Part shown: one piece after another, positions 26,091 to 32,000 of the stretch
Numbering within the stretch: position 1 is the stretch's first letter
Layout of the letters: each line of letters opens with the position of its first letter
DNA from: Microcystis aeruginosa NIES-2549
GTDB lineage: Bacteria; Cyanobacteriota; Cyanobacteriia; Cyanobacteriales; Microcystaceae
DNA length: 32,000 nucleotides
Assembly: GCF_000981785.2 (NCBI RefSeq)
Contig: NZ_CP011304.1
Span: forward strand, 3,720,001-3,752,000
Reading direction: 5' to 3'
Notes under the pieces: model-generated
The model's database searches: none
Told to the model about the DNA's origin: nothing
Seen by the model: the letters and a program-made list of their open reading frames with translations, nothing else
Position numbers and translations under genes: made by a program

Positions 26091-26501
26091 TTAGTTATCC
26101 TCTACTGATAACTGGTCACTGATAGCGGAATCGTCATCTTCTGGGGGTCGATCGCTTTTAATATGATCAAGAAGGTGTAACATTCGATCGCCGCGTTCGA
26201 GGGAAGAATCTTCTAGGAAGACCACTTCGGGGGTACGTCTCAGACGGATGCGTTGACCGAGTTCACGCCGGACGAATCCCGCGGCCGCTTTTAAACCGGC
26301 CATAGTTTCGGCCTTTGCATCTTTGTTGCCGTAGATAGACACAAAAATCCTAGCGTGTTGCAGGTCGTGGGAGAGATCCACATCGGTAACGCTCACCATA
26401 CCGGCACCGACGCGATCATCTTTAATTTCCATTAATAACATTTGGCTGACCTCGCGCTTAATTAGCGAGGACACGCGAGATACTCGACGATCATTGGCCA
26501 T
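26091..26501 (-). CDS. rbfA: Ribosome-binding factor A
   Basis: 136 aa with the RbfA pattern [18 protein letters not shown]...[20 protein letters not shown] and an acidic C-terminal tail. Confidence 0.94.
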   Translation of the reverse strand: MANDRRVSRVSSLIKREVSQMLLMEIKDDRVGAGMVSVTDVDLSHDLQHARIFVSIYGNKDAKAETMAGLKAAAGFVRRELGQRIRLRRTPEVVFLEDSSLERGDRMLHLLDHIKSDRPPEDDDSAISDQLSVEDN

Positions 26502-26542
26502 AATTTTCGTCCCCTAAAAACAGCGAAACCTTTACCATTGTA

Positions 26543-26740
26543 TCAAGCTAATCCGAGCATGGCTTTGAGGGTGAAATAAAGAAAGGCGAAAGTTCCCCCC
26601 AGAAAGCCCACAAGTGCGATCGCTGTGAGGGGATTTTTTAATAAAGGGGCCAACCAGCCGAAAAAGGCGAAGAAAATCCCTAAACTAAAGCTAATCAGAT
26701 AGCGGGGGTAACGGCTCACGTTATCAAAAAAGTCGCCCAT
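26543..26740 (-). CDS. DUF751/Ycf33-like small membrane protein
   Basis: 65 aa with two TM helices. The N-terminus MGDFFDNVSRYPRYLISFSLGIFF resembles plastid and cyanobacterial Ycf33 as I recall it. Confidence 0.65.
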   Translation of the reverse strand: MGDFFDNVSRYPRYLISFSLGIFFAFFGWLAPLLKNPLTAIALVGFLGGTFAFLYFTLKAMLGLA

Positions 26741-27266
26741 AAATTTTATTTATTATCTTTGTCCGTAAGTAATTATAGCAGTAAGCTTCGATGCTGCCAC
26801 CCCGCCCGATTAACGGGACTTTAACAGAACCATAGACTTTTGTACTGTCTAGTAGTGCAGCTATCTAACTAGAGAGAAATAAATTTGTCTTTTTTACTGT
26901 TTTTTGTTGATTTTACTCACTCTTTCCCCTTTTAGAGACACTTCTGGAGAGAGATTAAGTTATTCGGATTCGTCATTATTGTCCCAGCATTGCCAATTTT
27001 ACCAATCACACAAATTCCTCTCGTCTGATTTAGCAGCTCTCTCCATAATTTACAGCGTTTCTCATCAAGATGAAGTGGGGTGCATCTCAATTTTGGAGAA
27101 ATATCTATATTATATTTTGGGCGCAGGCAGTTCGATAAACTCACTGACCACGATGCGCCCCTACCATTGGGAGATAATATAATAGCTTCTGCTGATCACC
27201 ATAAGTGGGAGAGAGTCACAAAGATGAAATGCACCCATCTTGATCGCTGATAATCAGAATTATTTC

Positions 27267-29174
27267 CTAACTTTTAACTGCCGACATCTGCCGCATTTCT
27301 AGATACACTAATAAAGCGTTAATATCGGCGGGATTGACTCCGCCAATTCGCGAGGCTTGACCGATGGTGGCGGGTTTAATTTTTGTTAATTTTTCCCGCG
27401 ATTCCATTGACAAAGTTTCAATTTTCATGTAGTCAATATCGGGGGATAAATGACGGTTACTGTGGCGACTAATTTGGTCAATTTGATTTTGTTGTCGTTT
27501 CAGATAACCGGAATATTTAATTTCAATTTCTACCCCTTCTCTTTCGGCTAAATTTATATCGGGATTACCTAAACCATAACGATCAAGATCGAGATAATGC
27601 AAGCTAGGACGACGCAGTAAATCCGCTAAAGAGAGAGAACCTTTGATTTTTTGTTCCGTATCCTTAACGATGGCAATTGCCACCTGATCCCGTTCTTTAA
27701 TTCTGGTTTCGTGTAGGCGTTCTTTTTCAGCGATAATATTAGCTTGTTTGCTCTGGAATAATTGCCAACGCCGGTTATCAATTAAACCAATTTCTCGCCC
27801 TAAAGGTGTTAATCTTTGATCGGCATTATCCGATCGCAATACTAAGCGATATTCGGAACGACTGGTTAACATTCGATAGGGTTCGCGCAAATCTTTGGTA
27901 CACAAATCATCGACCAAAGTTCCTAGATAACTTTCCTCCCGGGGAAAAACAATTAACTCTTTTCCCAAAGCAAACCGGGCCGCATTAATCCCCGCCACCA
28001 GTCCTTGGGCTGCCGCTTCTTCATAACCGGTTGTCCCGTTAATTTGTCCCGCACAAAATAACCCCTCAATCTTCTTCGTCATCAGGGTTGGATAACACTG
28101 AGTTGCCGGTAAATAATCGTATTCCACTGCATAGGCAGCACGCAACATCACACAGTTTTCTAAACCGGGTAAAGTCCGCAGCATTGCTAATTGAACATTT
28201 TCCGGCAGTCCCGTTGAAAAGCCTTGGATATAAAGTTCGGGAATATCGCGCCCTTCCGGTTCAATAAAAATTTGATGACTTTCTTTATCGGCAAAACGGA
28301 CGATTTTATCCTCAATACTAGGACAATAACGCGGCCCTTTGGAGTCAATAAAACCGCCATAAATGGGGGATAAATGTAAATTATCTCTGATTAATTGATG
28401 AGTTGCCGCCGTGGTGCGGGTGAGATGACAGTTCATTTGTTCTCGTTCGATCCACACCTCCGGATCAAAACTAAACCAACGCACCTCGTCATCGGGCGGT
28501 TGCGGTTCCATACGGGAGTAATCCACCGAACGCTTATCCACACGGGCAGGAGTGCCAGTTTTTAGGCGACCGGTCTCGAATCCGAGACGATTTAGGGTTT
28601 CTGTTAAACCCACCGCCGCAAATTCGCCCGCCCGTCCAGCTGCCATGGATTTGCCGCCGATCCAGATTTTGCCGCCTAAAAAAGTGCCAGTGGTTAAAAT
28701 GACGGCTTTAGCGGCGAAACAAGTGCCGAAATAGGTTTCTACCCCTAAAACTTGCTCATTTGCCCCTAAAATCAGGTCTGTGGCCATGCCTTCCCGAATA
28801 ACGAGATTGGTTTGGGTTTCGACGATACCTTTCATCACCGCCGCGTATTCCCGTTTATCGGTTTGGGCCCGTAGGGCCCAGACTGCCGGCCCGCGAGAGG
28901 CATTAAGAACCCGTTTTTGCAGATAGGTGCGGTCGGCCATTTTGCCAATTTCGCCGCCTAAAGCGTCCACTTCGTGGGTTAATTGGGATTTAGCCGGACC
29001 ACCGACGGCGGGGTTACAGGGTTGCCAAGCGATTTTATCGAGATTAAGGGTGAGGAGAAGGGTACGACAACCGAGACGGGCGCAAGCTAGGGCCGCTTCA
29101 CAGCCGGAATGGCCCGCCCCGACGACGATGACATCAAATTCGTCTTGAAAGTCTGCGGCTGAGGAGAAAGTCAT
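27267..29174 (-). CDS. mnmG: tRNA uridine 5-carboxymethylaminomethyl modification enzyme MnmG (GidA)
   Basis: 635 aa with the FAD motif [17 protein letters not shown]. It also has [11 protein letters not shown] and the [19 protein letters not shown] segment. Confidence 0.97.
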   Translation of the reverse strand: MTFSSAADFQDEFDVIVVGAGHSGCEAALACARLGCRTLLLTLNLDKIAWQPCNPAVGGPAKSQLTHEVDALGGEIGKMADRTYLQKRVLNASRGPAVWALRAQTDKREYAAVMKGIVETQTNLVIREGMATDLILGANEQVLGVETYFGTCFAAKAVILTTGTFLGGKIWIGGKSMAAGRAGEFAAVGLTETLNRLGFETGRLKTGTPARVDKRSVDYSRMEPQPPDDEVRWFSFDPEVWIEREQMNCHLTRTTAATHQLIRDNLHLSPIYGGFIDSKGPRYCPSIEDKIVRFADKESHQIFIEPEGRDIPELYIQGFSTGLPENVQLAMLRTLPGLENCVMLRAAYAVEYDYLPATQCYPTLMTKKIEGLFCAGQINGTTGYEEAAAQGLVAGINAARFALGKELIVFPREESYLGTLVDDLCTKDLREPYRMLTSRSEYRLVLRSDNADQRLTPLGREIGLIDNRRWQLFQSKQANIIAEKERLHETRIKERDQVAIAIVKDTEQKIKGSLSLADLLRRPSLHYLDLDRYGLGNPDINLAEREGVEIEIKYSGYLKRQQNQIDQISRHSNRHLSPDIDYMKIETLSMESREKLTKIKPATIGQASRIGGVNPADINALLVYLEMRQMSAVKS

Positions 29175-29406
29175 ACTCGATCGAGGGGAAAATTAATTAA
29201 TCAGGCTAATATTCTAGCAATTTTTCTGAGTTTTCCCCCCAATATAATACAAGAATACTAACTAAGTCATTGACTAACACCAAAGCGATCGCATAAATCT
29301 AAAAACAATCTGTATAATCCCTATTTACCCTTGCCTTTTCAGGGCATTACTGGCTAAGTATTATAGGTGCTTATCATATCTTCACGATCGTTTAAAGATT
29401 GTAATC

Positions 29407-30834
29407 ATGGATTTACTTGCCAATCCCGTCGCTTTGTCGCGGATACAATTTGCCGTCACCGCTATTTTCCATATGCTTTGGCCGGTGTTAACCACTGGTA
29501 TGGGCATTTATCTAGTCATTGTCGAAGGATTATGGCTAAAAACCCGCAATCCTGACTACTATCATCACGCTCGCTTCTGGGCAAAACTCTACATTCTCAA
29601 TTTCGGCATTGGAGTTGCTTCTGGTTTACCCATGGCCTTCCAGTTTGGCATGAATTGGGCGCCTTTTTCGGAAGCGGTGGGGGACTTTTTCGGAACTATC
29701 CTCGGTTTCGAGGGAACCATGGCCTTTATGCTAGAGGCTAGTTTTCTAGGAATTATGTTGTTTGGTTGGGGACGAGTTCCCCCTTTAATTCACTTCCTAG
29801 CGACAATTCTCGTCGCTTTCGGGGCTAATCTTTCCACTTTCTGGATTTTAACCGCTAATTCTTGGCTGCAAACCCCCGCCGGTGGCATCTTCGTGGATGG
29901 TAAATTTATCGTTCAGGATTACCTACAAGCGATTCTCAATCCCTTCATGGTTAATAGTTTCCTGCATATGTTTTTCGCTACTCTGGAAACTTCTTTATTC
30001 GTCATTGGTGGGATTAGTGCTTGGTATTTGCTCAATAAACGTCACATTAGCTTTTTTAGTCGTTCTCTCAAAATTGTTCTTACTCTAGCGATTGTTATTG
30101 CTCCCTTGCAAATTTTTGTCGGTCATCTTAGTGCCGAACAAGTGTATCACTATCAACCGGCTAAATTAGCCGCCATGGAAGCGCAATGGGAAACTATTCC
30201 TGCGGGAGAAACTGCCGGTTGGAGTTTGGTCGCTTTACCCAAGGATAAAGCGGAGACAAATAGCTGGGAAGTGAAAATTCCTAATGCTTTGGGTTATCTT
30301 TTGGAGTTAAAACCCAAGTTATCGGAACCTGTTCTCGGCTTAAAAACGTGGAAATACGAAGACAGACCGCACATGGTGGGGCTAATCTATTATTCCTTCC
30401 GGATTATGGTCGCTATCGGTCTTTTTCTTGCTTCTTTAATGACTGTAACTGTCGGGCAATGGCTGCGCGGTCAACTGAGTAACGAAAAAATCGACAGTCA
30501 AAAATGGTTACTGCGCGCTTGGGTTTTTGCGGCCCCTCTGGGTTATCTTGCGGTTGAAACCGGTTGGATTGTCCGTTGTGTCGGTCGTCAACCCTGGACG
30601 GTTTACAATCAAATCCGGACAGTGGATGCTGCTTCTAAACTGCCCGCAGGCGAGATTTTAACTTCTTTAATCGGAATTACGGCGATTTATGTCGTTTTCT
30701 TGGTTTCTGCTCTCTATTTCGGTAGTCTTATTATCCGTCAGGGACCCAATCTTAACTTACCACTGCCGGGGACTCAACAGGAAACAGTGACCTCACCAGA
30801 ACTAAATCCTCGTTCCCTAGAAGCGCAACAATAG
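29407..30834 (+). CDS. cydA: Cytochrome bd quinol oxidase subunit I
   Basis: 475 aa, polytopic, with the CydA N-terminus LSRIQFAVTAIFH and the GWIVRCVGRQPW motif near the C-terminus. Confidence 0.95.
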   Translation: MDLLANPVALSRIQFAVTAIFHMLWPVLTTGMGIYLVIVEGLWLKTRNPDYYHHARFWAKLYILNFGIGVASGLPMAFQFGMNWAPFSEAVGDFFGTILGFEGTMAFMLEASFLGIMLFGWGRVPPLIHFLATILVAFGANLSTFWILTANSWLQTPAGGIFVDGKFIVQDYLQAILNPFMVNSFLHMFFATLETSLFVIGGISAWYLLNKRHISFFSRSLKIVLTLAIVIAPLQIFVGHLSAEQVYHYQPAKLAAMEAQWETIPAGETAGWSLVALPKDKAETNSWEVKIPNALGYLLELKPKLSEPVLGLKTWKYEDRPHMVGLIYYSFRIMVAIGLFLASLMTVTVGQWLRGQLSNEKIDSQKWLLRAWVFAAPLGYLAVETGWIVRCVGRQPWTVYNQIRTVDAASKLPAGEILTSLIGITAIYVVFLVSALYFGSLIIRQGPNLNLPLPGTQQETVTSPELNPRSLEAQQ

Positions 30835-30842
30835 GAGGAACT

Positions 30843-31856
30843 ATGGAACCGTTACAGTATTTTTTGCCACAAATTTGGTTTTTTATTCTGGGTTTATTCC
30901 TGTTTCTCTACGTCCTCCTCGATGGTTTTGACTTGGGGGTGGGAATTCTTTCCCTGACTTCCTCCTCCGAGAAGCGTCGCAGTATTTTAATGACCAGTTT
31001 GGGCAATGTTTGGGATGCTAACGAAACTTGGATTGTTTTGATGGGTGGTTCCCTGTTTGGGGCGTTTCCCCTAGCTTACGGGACAATTTTAAACGCTTTA
31101 TACCTGCCAGCAGTGATTATGGTGGTGGGGCTGTTATTTCGGGCTGTTTCCTTCGAGTTTCGTGAACATTCTCGTCGCAAGTTGTTCTGGAATTATGCCT
31201 TCGGACTCGGCAGTTTTTTGGCCGCTTTGGGGCAAGGATTCGCCCTCGGTGCGGTTTTTGAGGGCATTAAAGTGGATGAATTGGGTCATTTTGCCGGCGG
31301 CCCCTTTGATTGGTTAACATGGCGATCGATTCTAGTGTCTCTAACTTTAATCCAAGCTTATGTTTTAGTGGGTTCCACTTACCTAATTTTGAAAACTACG
31401 GGTAATTTACAGGAAGTTCACTATAAAACGGCAAAAATTGCCGCTATTACCACTTTTATCGGTGCTATCTTTATCACCATCAGTACGCCGCTGCTTTCTG
31501 ACCATATCCGTCAGCGTTTATTTGACCCTCGACTAATTTACATCTTTATCCTCATCCCGATTCTAGCTGTGGTCTTACTGGGTTTATTACTGCGGAGTTT
31601 GCAACTAAAGGAAGAAAACACCCCGATGGTCTGGACAGTATTGCTGTTTATGCTCTCTTTTATCGGTTTGGGATTGTTGATTTTTCCCGATATTATTCCC
31701 CCGTCCGTGACAATTTATCAAGCGGCGGCCGCTCCCAGTTCTTTGGTGTTTATGCTGACTTTTGTGGGTTTTTTAATCCCAATTTTACTAGCCTATACGG
31801 TTTATAATTACATCGTTTTTCGGGGGAAAATTACTGCTGAATCCTACGGAGAATAG
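30843..31856 (+). CDS. cydB: Cytochrome bd quinol oxidase subunit II
   Basis: 337 aa, polytopic, starting 8 nt after cydA. It has CydB-like LDGFDLGVG and WDANETW motifs. Confidence 0.94.
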   Translation: MEPLQYFLPQIWFFILGLFLFLYVLLDGFDLGVGILSLTSSSEKRRSILMTSLGNVWDANETWIVLMGGSLFGAFPLAYGTILNALYLPAVIMVVGLLFRAVSFEFREHSRRKLFWNYAFGLGSFLAALGQGFALGAVFEGIKVDELGHFAGGPFDWLTWRSILVSLTLIQAYVLVGSTYLILKTTGNLQEVHYKTAKIAAITTFIGAIFITISTPLLSDHIRQRLFDPRLIYIFILIPILAVVLLGLLLRSLQLKEENTPMVWTVLLFMLSFIGLGLLIFPDIIPPSVTIYQAAAAPSSLVFMLTFVGFLIPILLAYTVYNYIVFRGKITAESYGE

Positions 31857-32000
31857 AGGACGTTGCCGATTTCAGATATGAATCTTCTTTGGTGGGATTT
31901 TTAAAGGGAAACTCTCTACCTCTGATGCTAAACTGAATTTACTCTAGGAGGTCTTTGGGTGTAATTAACTCGTAACGCTCGAAGGGTTGATGAATCCAAG

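Noticed and set aside
26904-27182. 92-aa (+) and 70-aa (-, 26932..27144) mutually overlapping ORFs
   Set aside because: They have non-ATG or poor start contexts and no recognisable domains, and each excludes the other. The region is kept only as a finding to be checked.
31857-32000. A CydX-like small subunit gene after cydB, or the end of a minus-strand gene at the window edge
   Set aside because: The only + strand ORF is 8 codons. The minus-strand frames entering from the edge give just 12-23 codons, which is too little sequence to support any call.

Overview
This looks like a cyanobacterial chromosomal segment. The evidence is many copies of the HIP1 octamer GCGATCGC (e.g. 79-86, 6352-6359, 6894-6901, 6951-6958, 26011-26018), several cyanobacteria-restricted conserved hypotheticals and a ycf33-like gene. 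The CGATCG-rich, repeat- and IS-scarred style suggests Microcystis, but that is a guess. Almost all of the window is ordinary housekeeping sequence: gyrA, ureD, ispE, rsmA, a crcB pair, glgP, tRNA-Asp(GTC), moaA, ftsY, a Mn/Zn-type ABC ATPase, trm1, tsaE, an LpxB-related protein, a GH3/NagZ-like hydrolase, rbfA, mnmG and cydAB, plus conserved hypotheticals. The only clearly non-core stretch is about 2.6-4.9 kb, between gyrA and ureD. It holds an IS1634-like transposase remnant, a 101-bp MITE-like element with an 8-bp target-site duplication, an orphan hairpin, and the best candidate for something undescribed. That candidate is a 270-aa Tyr/Gly/Ser-rich acidic protein with no Lys, Arg or His, built from two 134-aa units. 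The units come from a 402-bp-period tandem duplication that differs at a single synonymous base. Smaller observations are a dispersed element with a 28-bp perfect palindrome (2 copies), twin GC hairpins, a heptamer microsatellite abutting a start codon, a Rossmann-motif gene remnant, a small ORF translationally coupled to ureD behind a structured leader, and a 526-bp gap with no convincing gene. I found no CRISPR array, rRNA, intact IS or recognisable defence system. All family assignments rest on motifs I recognise by eye; no searches were run.
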